64,000 nt of DNA from Nitrospinales bacterium (GTDB taxonomy: Bacteria; Nitrospinota; Nitrospinia; Nitrospinales; VA-1): NCBI GenBank assembly GCA_965262115.1, contig OZ253496.1, positions 800,001 to 864,000 of the forward strand, in the 5' to 3' direction. Positions 40,387 through 49,050 of this stretch are shown here, piece after piece. The position numbers and the translations under genes were made by a program. Position 1 is the first letter of the stretch. Every line of letters begins with the position of its first letter. Below the pieces are notes generated by a model that worked only from the letters and a program-made list of their open reading frames with translations, searched no databases and was not told the origin of the DNA.

Positions 40387-41094
40387 ATGATCATATTAGG
40401 GCTTGATGCCTCCACGCCTAAAGGAAGTGTTGCTCTTCTGGATGGCGAACACATCATTGCCGAGTCTGCCAGTTCTTCAGTATTTTCTGACCAGCTTCTG
40501 GTCATGGTGGATGAAGTTTTAGGAAAATTGGAGGGGAGACTCGATAAAGTGGATGGGTTCTGCGTCACGACAGGTCCCGGTTCTTTTACCGGACTCCGGG
40601 TTGGCGTCAGCCTGATAAAAGGTTTGGTACTGGCCACAGAAAAGCCTTTCTGGGGAATCAACACGCTGGAAGCATATGCGAACCTAGTCAAACCCGTTAC
40701 CCAACCGATTTGCCCACTCCTGGATGCTAGAAAGAAAGAAGTTTATACCGCGAAGTTTAAATATACAGGTGAACAATTAGTCAGGGAGACCCCGGACCAG
40801 GCCATTTCTCCCCAGGAATTATGTGACCAGACCCAGGAACCCACTGTCTTTTTAGGAGGTGGGTTAGAGCCCTATGGAGAAACCCTTTCTTCCCAGTTGG
40901 GAGACAGGTTTATCGATCAGGCTCCGGTCAAAAACCAAACGGTTGCCGCCAGCGCAGCGCAACTTGCCTTCAATCAATTCGGGGCAAATCCCTGTTTTGA
41001 TCTGGATGCCTTGACCATCCATTATGTCAGGAAACCGGAAGCAGAATTAAACCGCAAAATATTTAATCAGGAGGTTGTAAAGCATGGACATTAA
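40387..41094 (+). CDS. tsaB: tRNA threonylcarbamoyladenosine biosynthesis protein TsaB
   Basis: ILGLDAS, GPGSFTGLRVG, DARKKEVY, YVR..EAE. Confidence 0.95.
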   Translation: MIILGLDASTPKGSVALLDGEHIIAESASSSVFSDQLLVMVDEVLGKLEGRLDKVDGFCVTTGPGSFTGLRVGVSLIKGLVLATEKPFWGINTLEAYANLVKPVTQPICPLLDARKKEVYTAKFKYTGEQLVRETPDQAISPQELCDQTQEPTVFLGGGLEPYGETLSSQLGDRFIDQAPVKNQTVAASAAQLAFNQFGANPCFDLDALTIHYVRKPEAELNRKIFNQEVVKHGH

Positions 41095-41311
41095 TCCCGC
41101 TTTGCTTGAAAAAGTCAAACAGGAAAATAGTGAATTTCGTGATCTCTATGAAGAACACACTACCCTCAAATTCAAAGTTGATGAATTCAACAAAATGAAG
41201 CTCATCACTCCCGAACAGGAGCTCGAAAAGAAAAAACACCAGAAACAAAAACTAAGCCTCAAAGATCGCATGGAGAAAATTTTAAGTCTCTATGAAGAAA
41301 CGATTCACTAA
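41084..41311 (+). CDS. DUF465/YdcH-like small coiled-coil protein
   Basis: EF..L.EEH..L and KKxKL.LKD pattern. Confidence 0.8.
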   Translation: MDINPALLEKVKQENSEFRDLYEEHTTLKFKVDEFNKMKLITPEQELEKKKHQKQKLSLKDRMEKILSLYEETIH

Positions 41312-41343
41312 CAACCCTCGGCCCACCCAAACGCGAAGAATCT

Positions 41344-41443
41344 ATGAAAAAAAACTGATCGCCTTGATCGAGGAGAAAGGCGATCTCCCGCCTCTTCCCG
41401 ATATCCTCATGAACCTGGAAAATAAAATCAACGGATCGCCTTA
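41344..41443 (+). pseudogene. N-terminal remnant of an HDOD-domain protein
   Basis: Encodes GDLPPLPDILMNL after a one-base shift in an A8 run, then stops. Confidence 0.55.
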
Positions 41444-41445
41444 AG

Positions 41446-42774
41446 TCACAGCACCTTTCTCAAATCCAACATCGCTTTTCCTTTGAAAGTTGCAACGAGA
41501 AGTTGTGACAGAAACTTCAAACAAACCACTCTTTTGGCAGGCAGGATATCTCCGATCACACCTACCAGGGTTTCAGCGAGAACCCGATTTGCAGAAAGGC
41601 TTTTAATCACCCGGTCACATAAAACCCGGTTATAAATCAGCCCTTGAAGAATCCGGCTCAACAAAAACTTGCCGCCAAACTCTTGCTTTCGCCTCTCGTC
41701 ATAAACGGAGAGAAAATTCCTGGAAAAATTTGAATTTTGAAATCCAGAGTGGATCACCTCACCTGCCAGCTGAGAGCTTCTCAATGACAGATAAATACCT
41801 TCACCGGTAAACGGATCGATAAAGCCTGTCGCATCCCCGACCAACATCAGTCCGCCACAAGGAACCGGCTTAACCGCAAATGCCAAAGACTCCACCGAAC
41901 GCACAGGTTCCACCCGCTCCCCACCCTCAAGCATTTTACGGCGACGGGAGTTCTGCATCAGCACGCGATGATAAAACGCTTCCGGCTTATCACCACCAAG
42001 AGCAGAACCCTCCACCACTCGCCGTGGGGGCAACTGACTCATGCCGGGTAGCACCTTCTGGTTCTGGTTCAAGCTTTTTTCCCGAGCCTCTACCACCAGC
42101 ACCACATTGGCCCGACCGTTTCCGACAGAAGATATTCCCGTATAGCCCGGACGGCTGACATGCATATAACAATAGTCTTGCGGCAAACACACGCCCTGCC
42201 AATGCGCGGAAAAAGCAATTTTCGAATTGCCTTTGGGTTCCCGCTTTAAATTAAATTTCCTCAAAGAGACCGCATTGCGTCCCCCGGCATCCACCACCAG
42301 TTTGCCATTCAGGGAAAAGGAGGTTTTCGTTTCATCCCAGCCCTTCACCCCAACAACACATCCATCATCGAAAATGAAATCTGTTATTTTATGCTGCTCA
42401 AAAACTTTCACCCCAGCACTTTGAACCTGCTTCAAAAATAGCGCGTCCAACTGGTAACGCGGCACCGACAAACTGGTCAGGCTCAATCCCGTCTCTGTTG
42501 AAGTAGGGTAGTCAATTTCCAACTCCGCGCTTTCATAAGACGAGATCGCTACACCTTTTAGCCGTTTAGGCGACAAAGCCTCTATGGAACTGAGCACGCC
42601 CAACTGCTCAAGAATCGGGTCGGCACCCGGACTGATGAACTCCCCACACACCTTGTCGCGGGGGAATTTTGCCTGATCCAAAAGCGCCACGTCATAACCA
42701 CGACGGTTAAGGTCCAACGCCATGGCGCAACCTGCCGGCCCGCCACCAATGACCAGGACATCGTAGGAATTCAT
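41446..42774 (-). CDS. FAD-dependent oxidoreductase (geranylgeranyl-reductase-like) with a probable repeat-derived in-frame insertion
   Basis: GGGPAG, FPRDKVCGE, VGDA.GFIDPFTGEGI. Confidence 0.9.
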   Translation of the reverse strand: MNSYDVLVIGGGPAGCAMALDLNRRGYDVALLDQAKFPRDKVCGEFISPGADPILEQLGVLSSIEALSPKRLKGVAISSYESAELEIDYPTSTETGLSLTSLSVPRYQLDALFLKQVQSAGVKVFEQHKITDFIFDDGCVVGVKGWDETKTSFSLNGKLVVDAGGRNAVSLRKFNLKREPKGNSKIAFSAHWQGVCLPQDYCYMHVSRPGYTGISSVGNGRANVVLVVEAREKSLNQNQKVLPGMSQLPPRRVVEGSALGGDKPEAFYHRVLMQNSRRRKMLEGGERVEPVRSVESLAFAVKPVPCGGLMLVGDATGFIDPFTGEGIYLSLRSSQLAGEVIHSGFQNSNFSRNFLSVYDERRKQEFGGKFLLSRILQGLIYNRVLCDRVIKSLSANRVLAETLVGVIGDILPAKRVVCLKFLSQLLVATFKGKAMLDLRKVL

Positions 42775-43553
42775 GGTCGGTCCTTTCGGCTAACCAAAGC
42801 AATACGGTAAGGAAAGTGGCGGTAGATTTCAAAAGGATCTATTTCCGCCTCTCGGGCTAACTCACGAAACTCGTCGGGCGTGAAAGCGTTCATCACCGAA
42901 ACTGGCGCGTCATAACGGGTCAACCGGTTGCGGGTAAAGATTCGGGTCAACAAAAAAATCGCGGCATGCGCCACCCGACTGCGGTGCAGATCATTGACCA
43001 CCACCCCCAACCGCCCGGCCCTATAAATCGCCCGTAAAATCGCTACCGCCTTCTCCCAACTGAAATGATGCAGGGACAAAGAGTTGACCGCCAAATCGAA
43101 TCCGCCTTCTCGGAATGGCAACGAAAGAACATCGCACTGCACCAACTGGATTTCTGGATAAGAGGCAATCTCCTCCCGGGCCAGTTTCAGCATCTTGGCG
43201 TTGATATCAATAGCAGTGATATGGATCGGCACCCCCAAACGGCGCGCCAGCTGGACCAGCGCCACCGGCTGGTCGGCAGACCCGGTGGCCGCGTCCAGCA
43301 CCCTGAACGGACGATCCGCTTTATGGGATTTCAAGAAAGGCTCCACATGCCGAAGCAGAACCCGGTATCCGCTCAAATAACGGTTGACCGTGGCAACATC
43401 CTGCAGACTGTCCCGGACCTCTTCATAAGGCGCTTCGTCCAAGTCCAGCAATTCATCTCTGAGGTTTCGGGGAGGAAAAAAAGCACTCGGCGTGCAGCCG
43501 GTGAGCAATCGCTTTATCTTGTGGGCAAACGTCATCTCGGCTTTATGAGCCAT
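42771..43553 (-). CDS. Class I SAM-dependent methyltransferase; N-terminus repeat-derived
   Basis: VLDAATGSAD, SLSLHHF, VNDL.R, R.DAPVSV..AF. Confidence 0.9.
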   Translation of the reverse strand: MAHKAEMTFAHKIKRLLTGCTPSAFFPPRNLRDELLDLDEAPYEEVRDSLQDVATVNRYLSGYRVLLRHVEPFLKSHKADRPFRVLDAATGSADQPVALVQLARRLGVPIHITAIDINAKMLKLAREEIASYPEIQLVQCDVLSLPFREGGFDLAVNSLSLHHFSWEKAVAILRAIYRAGRLGVVVNDLHRSRVAHAAIFLLTRIFTRNRLTRYDAPVSVMNAFTPDEFRELAREAEIDPFEIYRHFPYRIALVSRKDRP

Positions 43554-43681
43554 TGCTATCTGCCTCTACGGCTATTGGGCGGACCCCGCCGCCGTGGGAA
43601 GGAAATAGAAAGAACTTGTTCAGCCGAGCTAACTCTTTGCTAGCTTGACAGGCTATTGCTAGCTGGCCCCACGCCTAGTGG
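43483..43681. mobile_element. Two ~97-bp elements in inverted (tail-to-tail) arrangement
   Basis: 43483-43578(+) and 43585-43681(-) both align to 52441-52538. Confidence 0.8.
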
Positions 43682-44088
43682 TCTTTGAAGAAGAAGTACG
43701 GTTGTCCTGATTGAATTCTATCCTTGGTAATGTCTAAAGCAATTTGCTTGAAGATTCCACGGGTGAGCGGAGTCATGATGAGGAGTCCAATCATATCCGT
43801 CACCACGCCGGGAGTGATGAGGAGCATGCTGGCCACCCCCATCACCGCGCCGTTCAGGGCCTCGTCACCGGGGGCTTCGCGCGACTTGAGTTGTCTCTGC
43901 ATTTTCTCAAAGACCTCTTTGCCATAACTGCGGCTGACAACAATTCCCACCAGAAAAGTGAACATGATCAATGAAACTGTGTTGAGAATACTGATCGCGT
44001 CGCTCAAATATTTCAATCCATAAAGTTCGATCCCTGTACCCAGGGCAAAAACAGCCGTCACCGGTAAAGACATTTCAAATACCTGCAA
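43675..44088 (-). CDS. fxsA: FxsA-family membrane protein
   Basis: LLITPGVVTD..GL...P.TR motif. Confidence 0.85.
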   Translation of the reverse strand: MQVFEMSLPVTAVFALGTGIELYGLKYLSDAISILNTVSLIMFTFLVGIVVSRSYGKEVFEKMQRQLKSREAPGDEALNGAVMGVASMLLITPGVVTDMIGLLIMTPLTRGIFKQIALDITKDRIQSGQPYFFFKDH

Positions 44089-44338
44089 ATAGTTAAACGA
44101 GTAAATATAAAGGCCTTAACCATAGCATGGCCAAAGATTCCCGGAAAGTAAAAATCCGGCAAAGTTCGAAAACTTTTTTTACCCCTGTTGACTCTGATTT
44201 ATCAAGAAATAAGAAGCTTTCATGAGCATAAACAAGGGTGTAACCCTTCCCATTACCTTGTATTTTAGCTATACTCCCATTGATATTTCTCGGTAAAGGA
44301 ATCCAGCCCCCCACAAGGTTAGCGGAGAACCTCCGCTA

Positions 44339-44484
44339 CGTCATCGCGAGCGACTGTGTGAAATTCTTCATTTGCCTTCACGCCCCAAAGGGGTAAAAGG
44401 AGCGCGGCGATCCAGTCTCTCTTGCTTTATCGAGGCTAAGGAAAAATATCACGCCTTCATCGCCAGAGGCTCTTCGCAATGACG
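44339..44484. repeat. REP-like palindrome with a mini-element (44357-44395, minus) and a partial copy (44431-44453)
   Basis: Host aligns to 29620-29740. Confidence 0.85.
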
Positions 44485-44506
44485 ATTCATAAAAGTCTTC
44501 TCCTGA

Positions 44507-45319
44507 TCACCGGCTATTCTGAGCCTGCAAAAGATAATCGACAATACGCTCCAGTTTTCCCTCGGTGACGAACTGTTCAACATCCTGTTTATCTGCATTG
44601 TCTTTATGATGAAATTTTGGAAAGTCCGCCAAAAACCTTTTTCGATCTGAGTCAATCGCAAAGGTGTACTCCTGTAGGAGTCGTACTCCTTTATTGCCGC
44701 CCCTGCCTTTTAAGGAATGGCAGAACAGGCAGTTGTTTTTGAAAACTTCCAATCCCTCTCGAACCTGCGGCGAATCCCCGGCGATTTTTTCCAGCGGTGC
44801 ATAGTAGTCGTTGAGCCGGACGAACTTCAACTCGCGAATGTTCGCCGTCATGAAGCGCTCCTGAAACGGCGGTCGTTTTCCATCCGGCACTAAAATAAGG
44901 AGCGGATTCAACCAGTCCGGCCTGGAACTCGTTTTTATCTTTGTCGCGAGGCGCAGATCATAACGATAAACATCATCGAGAGATAAAATCCCCTGATAGT
45001 CATCAAAGCAGTTCAACAACACGGCATCTTCGCCGCGTTTCAAGGCAAACCCTTTCACCAACCGAGAAAAGGATATGGCCGAAAACCGCGAGTCACTCAT
45101 GTGCATGGCCCGGTCAAAATATTCGCTGGAAATTTCCCGCGACCCTAAGGACTCCAGTTTCGGTGCGGTCCAGATTTCCGAAACCATCTGACCTGCGGAA
45201 TCGGCATGGGTGATGCGAAAAATCCTCTGCTCCCCCAGCTCCGGCTTTTCCGGAGCGGAGCAGGCTGAAACCCAGATCCCGGTGAGCAGGGCCAAAAACC
45301 CGCAAAATATTTGTTTCAT
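44507..45319 (-). CDS. Lipoprotein with C-terminal c-type cytochrome domain
   Basis: Lipobox VSAC; CLFCH heme-binding motif. Confidence 0.8.
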   Translation of the reverse strand: MKQIFCGFLALLTGIWVSACSAPEKPELGEQRIFRITHADSAGQMVSEIWTAPKLESLGSREISSEYFDRAMHMSDSRFSAISFSRLVKGFALKRGEDAVLLNCFDDYQGILSLDDVYRYDLRLATKIKTSSRPDWLNPLLILVPDGKRPPFQERFMTANIRELKFVRLNDYYAPLEKIAGDSPQVREGLEVFKNNCLFCHSLKGRGGNKGVRLLQEYTFAIDSDRKRFLADFPKFHHKDNADKQDVEQFVTEGKLERIVDYLLQAQNSR

Positions 45320-45403
45320 TGGGGAAAACCCTCTATAATGGGGAAAATATTTTATCAACTGCTAATTTTTATCAGGAAAAGGCCGTCTGGCCCCTAATTT
45401 AAC

Positions 45404-46744
45404 ATGGAAACGAGCCCCACTTTAGAATTCAGCCCGGAAAAAATGGACTTCCGCGCTTACTCAATATCCTGGAACCTCACCAAGCGGTGCAACCTCAATT
45501 GTGACCACTGCTATCTTGACGCCGACTTTCGCGGTGGCCTCAAAACCGATGAACTCAACACCGAAGAATGTTTCCGGGTCATCGACCAAATCGCGGAAGT
45601 TAATCCTAACGCGTTTCTGATCCTAACCGGTGGCGAACCACTACTTCGTCCCGACATCTACGAAATCATCCGCTACGCTGCCGACAGAAAATTCATGGTT
45701 GTGCTGGGCACCAACGGCACCATGATCAATCGTGTCAACGCCGAAAAAATAAAAGCCGCAGGAGCCCACGGTGTAGGAATCAGTATCGACTCGATGAATC
45801 CGGACAAACATAACAAGTTTCGCGGAGTGGAAAAAGCCTGGGAACTTTCCATGGCCGCCTTCGATATTCTGAACGAAGTGGGTGTCGACTTTCTCGTGCA
45901 GATGTCAGTCTCGGATATGAACTATAAGGAAATCCCTGAGGTGGTCGAGTTCACCGAAAAAATTGGTGCCATCGCTTTCAATTTGTATTTTCTGGTCTGC
46001 ACCGGACGCGGACAAGGCAACACCGATATTTCCAACGCCGCTTATGAAGAAGCTTTGAAAATGTTGTATGAGCAGCAGATGAAATATAAAGGAAAGTTGA
46101 TGATCAACTCCAAATGCGCCCCGCAGTACAAGCGCGTGGTTTACGAGAATGATCCCGAATCGGTTTACACCCGCACCTATTCCGGCGGCTGCCCTGCGGC
46201 CACGCATTACAGCCGCATTTCACCGGAAGGCAACCTGACCCCCTGCCCCTTCATCGAAGAGTCAGTGGGCAATTTGAAATCCAGAACATTTAAAGACCTG
46301 TGGGAAAACGCGCCGTTGATGATCAAGTTGCGCGACCGCAAACAACTTGAAGGCAAATGCGGCACCTGTGAATTCTCCACCATGTGTTCCGGCTGTAGGG
46401 CACGAGCTTTTGCCGAAACCGGAAACTATATGGACCCGGACCCCTCCTGCGATTACGAACCGGGAAAATATGGCGGCAAAGCCATCACCCTAAAAGTCGA
46501 AGACACACTTGGACTCGAAGTCGAGTTCCAGATCCAATGGACCCCGGAAGCCAAAGGCCGACTCGACCGAATTCCCTCTTTCGCCCGCGGTATGGTGGTG
46601 AAAGGTATCGAGAAATTTGCCGCCGAACGCGACATCCGCCTCATCGACGAAGCAGTGGTGAAAAAATCACGCGAAGAAATGATCGAGAAACGCGGCGCCA
46701 TGTTCCCCTTCCTGAAAAAATTCATCAACTCGGAAAATCAATAG
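45404..46744 (+). CDS. Radical SAM/SPASM enzyme (NirJ/Ahb-like) with C-terminal PCP_red-like domain
   Basis: CNLNCDHC, TGGEPLLR, SPASM CxxCxxxxxCxGC, WT.EA..RL..IP.F.R. Confidence 0.88.
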   Translation: METSPTLEFSPEKMDFRAYSISWNLTKRCNLNCDHCYLDADFRGGLKTDELNTEECFRVIDQIAEVNPNAFLILTGGEPLLRPDIYEIIRYAADRKFMVVLGTNGTMINRVNAEKIKAAGAHGVGISIDSMNPDKHNKFRGVEKAWELSMAAFDILNEVGVDFLVQMSVSDMNYKEIPEVVEFTEKIGAIAFNLYFLVCTGRGQGNTDISNAAYEEALKMLYEQQMKYKGKLMINSKCAPQYKRVVYENDPESVYTRTYSGGCPAATHYSRISPEGNLTPCPFIEESVGNLKSRTFKDLWENAPLMIKLRDRKQLEGKCGTCEFSTMCSGCRARAFAETGNYMDPDPSCDYEPGKYGGKAITLKVEDTLGLEVEFQIQWTPEAKGRLDRIPSFARGMVVKGIEKFAAERDIRLIDEAVVKKSREEMIEKRGAMFPFLKKFINSENQ

Positions 46745-46781
46745 CCGCCACTAGGCGTGGGGCCAGCGTGTCGCCCGTGGC

Positions 46782-46820
46782 CGTGATATTCTTCCTAAGC
46801 TCTCGTGCCCCGAAGGGGTA
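46782..46820 (-). mobile_element. 39-nt mini-element copy
   Basis: cgtgatattcttcctaagctctcgtgccccgaaggggta. Confidence 0.9.
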
Positions 46821-46866
46821 AAACGCTCCGCGAGCCACTAGCAGATCATACTTTGCCACCGGTGGA

Positions 46867-47250
46867 TCACCGGTTTTTATAAAGATCTCCAACACGGAAA
46901 CCGCCGCGGTCTTCCTGATCAATGCTGCTCTGGCGGGTGTCTTCCACATCGAGTTTGCCAAGAGCTTCCGACACTTCGACCTGGTAGTTTTTGACCTTTC
47001 GATAAAGGGGGTGGGTAATATCGAGTTTCAGGTTGGTGAGCGCGGCAGTGAACTCGCCTTTCCCATCCGGACTCAGTTTGCAGACCAGTTCGCCGGAATT
47101 GTCATCGCGGTAAACATCGATCACTTCAAGCGGGGTTTTATTTTTGACCGGGAACCCCATTTCCCGGAGCAAGGTCAACACAGCTCCGCGCCCATAAACA
47201 CGAAGTGGCAGGTGCGGTAAAAGTTCGTTTAACAAAGACTGTGCGCTCAA
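46867..47250 (-). CDS. Hypothetical protein
   Basis: RBS-like GGAAGGA upstream; protein-like ORF. Confidence 0.7.
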   Translation of the reverse strand: MSAQSLLNELLPHLPLRVYGRGAVLTLLREMGFPVKNKTPLEVIDVYRDDNSGELVCKLSPDGKGEFTAALTNLKLDITHPLYRKVKNYQVEVSEALGKLDVEDTRQSSIDQEDRGGFRVGDLYKNR

Positions 47251-47805
47251 AATCTATTCCTTCCCAATGAGGACCAACTATTGAGACCAGTATATACGCC
47301 CACTCGGCGTGGGGCCAGCTAATCCTCTAGCGAGGGAGGCAGATAACAATGACTTGGTGGACCAAGATACATCCTTGAGCGCAGAAAAAAGCCAGGGTCA
47401 GTGGGTGGTTCGTTACGCCGTATTGGGGGGCTCTGCTCGGGTTCCTTTGCATGACAAGGGTGATCAATATTGCGTTTTTTGCCCTGTTTGCGGTGGACCT
47501 GTTATGGAGTTTTCGCGCAGACTTGAAATCAGCGGCCACTGTTAAAAAAATAACCGTACTGGGCGTGGCTATGCTGGGCGGATTTTCCTTGGTCATGCTT
47601 CCCTAAATAGTGTGTTGGTACCAGTTAAACGGGGTGCCTTTTCCGCCGCGGCATATGAAATTTGCCGTCGAGGGGTTATCTGGTACAGTCCCAAAAGTTA
47701 TCTTATGCGGGTTCAGGTTTGTAATCTTGATCTTGTGAAATGGTAGACGCCAAACCTTTTGTTTCTACCTGGCAATGGAGCCTCCCACAGGAGGCTCCAT
47801 TGATC

Positions 47806-47922
47806 TGCCCTGCACTTACCTCAATCTGTCGTTCAACAACGCAATTCGTGCACTTCTGTCCAGGTGATACCCTTCCATTTCTGCAGTTTTCTAACTGGAC
47901 ACTACTGAGCTCATACAGGGCA
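47806..47922 (-). ncRNA. Candidate ~117-nt structured RNA
   Basis: Closing stem tgccctg/cagggca, inner stems ctcagt/attgag and tgtccag/ctggaca; mismatches are G-U on the minus strand. Confidence 0.45.
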
Positions 47923-48075
47923 AAAACCCCATAAAGTGCTTGAAATCAGGGCCAATCTCAAGCATAGTGGGTGTTCTTTTATTCTACAATTCCCTTTCGT
48001 GCGCATTTGTCTCCTGGCATGCGCAGGGGCCATTCCAAAGGAAGCGGATTAGGACACCAGATTCCCGGGGTTGAA

Positions 48076-49002
48076 ATGATTAAATCCAAATTTGTGAATA
48101 GTTTAGAGTTGATCGGTGGCACCCCTTTGGTTAAACTGAACAACGTTATCCCTTCAAATGGCGCCAATATTTTCGCTAAGCTGGAATTCTTCAATCCAGG
48201 GGGCAGTGTCAAGGATCGTATCGCACTGGCCATGGTGAAAGATGCAGAAAAAAAGGGCCTGCTGAAACCCGGTTCCACGATCATTGAACCCACAAGTGGA
48301 AATACAGGGATCGGCCTCGCTCTGGTGGGTGCCATAAAGGGCTACAATGTCATACTGGTCATGTCTGAGAACATGAGCTCCGAACGAAGGATGATTCTGG
48401 AAAGTTTTGGCGCAAAAACTGAATTGAGCCGCGCCGAATTCGGGATGGAAGGCACCATCCAGAGGGCAGAAGAAATGCTGGCTGAAAATCCGGGTTATTT
48501 CATGCCCCAGCAGTTCAACAACCCCGCCAACCCGGAAGTGCATCGGCAAACAACCGGACCAGAAATCGTTGCCGCCATGAATGGTGAATCGGTTGACGGT
48601 TTTGTGGCCGGCATTGGAACCGGGGGAACCATCACCGGAGCTGGGGAAGTCTTAAAACAACATTATGAGCAGGTTAAAGTGGTAGGTGTCGAACCGGCAA
48701 CCTCGGCAGTGTTATCGGGAAAGCCACCCGGCCCCCACAAAATCCAGGGAATTGGCGCAGGGTTTAAACCCAATGTTCTGAACTTTGATCTGCTGGATCG
48801 CATTTTGCCTGTTTCCGATGAGGACGCCTTTCTATTTGCCAAGAGGCTTGGGAAAGAAGAAGGTCTTCTCGCTGGCATTTCTTCCGGAGCCGCATGTTTT
48901 GCCGCCAATGAAGTGGCCAAAGAGTTAGGCCCCGACAAAAATGTGGTTGTGGTTTTACCAGATACGGGCGAACGCTATCTCAGTTTTAATCAGTACTTCT
49001 AA
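48076..49002 (+). CDS. cysK: Cysteine synthase A
   Basis: NPGGSVKDR, EPTSGNTG, GTGGT, GPHKIQGIGAG, DTGERYLS. Confidence 0.95.
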   Translation: MIKSKFVNSLELIGGTPLVKLNNVIPSNGANIFAKLEFFNPGGSVKDRIALAMVKDAEKKGLLKPGSTIIEPTSGNTGIGLALVGAIKGYNVILVMSENMSSERRMILESFGAKTELSRAEFGMEGTIQRAEEMLAENPGYFMPQQFNNPANPEVHRQTTGPEIVAAMNGESVDGFVAGIGTGGTITGAGEVLKQHYEQVKVVGVEPATSAVLSGKPPGPHKIQGIGAGFKPNVLNFDLLDRILPVSDEDAFLFAKRLGKEEGLLAGISSGAACFAANEVAKELGPDKNVVVVLPDTGERYLSFNQYF

Positions 49003-49050
49003 AATAAACAGGATTTTGTTTTCCTGTAAAAAAACTAAGGGAATGTTGGA

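Noticed and set aside
20806..41354. All one-base homopolymer losses (kinase, fetB, ino1, HDOD) as general sequencing error
   Set aside because: Three of the four are in genes that are also truncated, while long essential genes are clean; error remains possible for the kinase.
47309..47596. Short ORFs 47309-47545 and 47327-47596
   Set aside because: Partly repeat-derived, overlapping on opposite strands, and no recognisable family.
47772..47802. Fluoride or SAM riboswitch upstream of cysK
   Set aside because: Only a superficial GGCAATGGAG match; the other conserved elements are missing.
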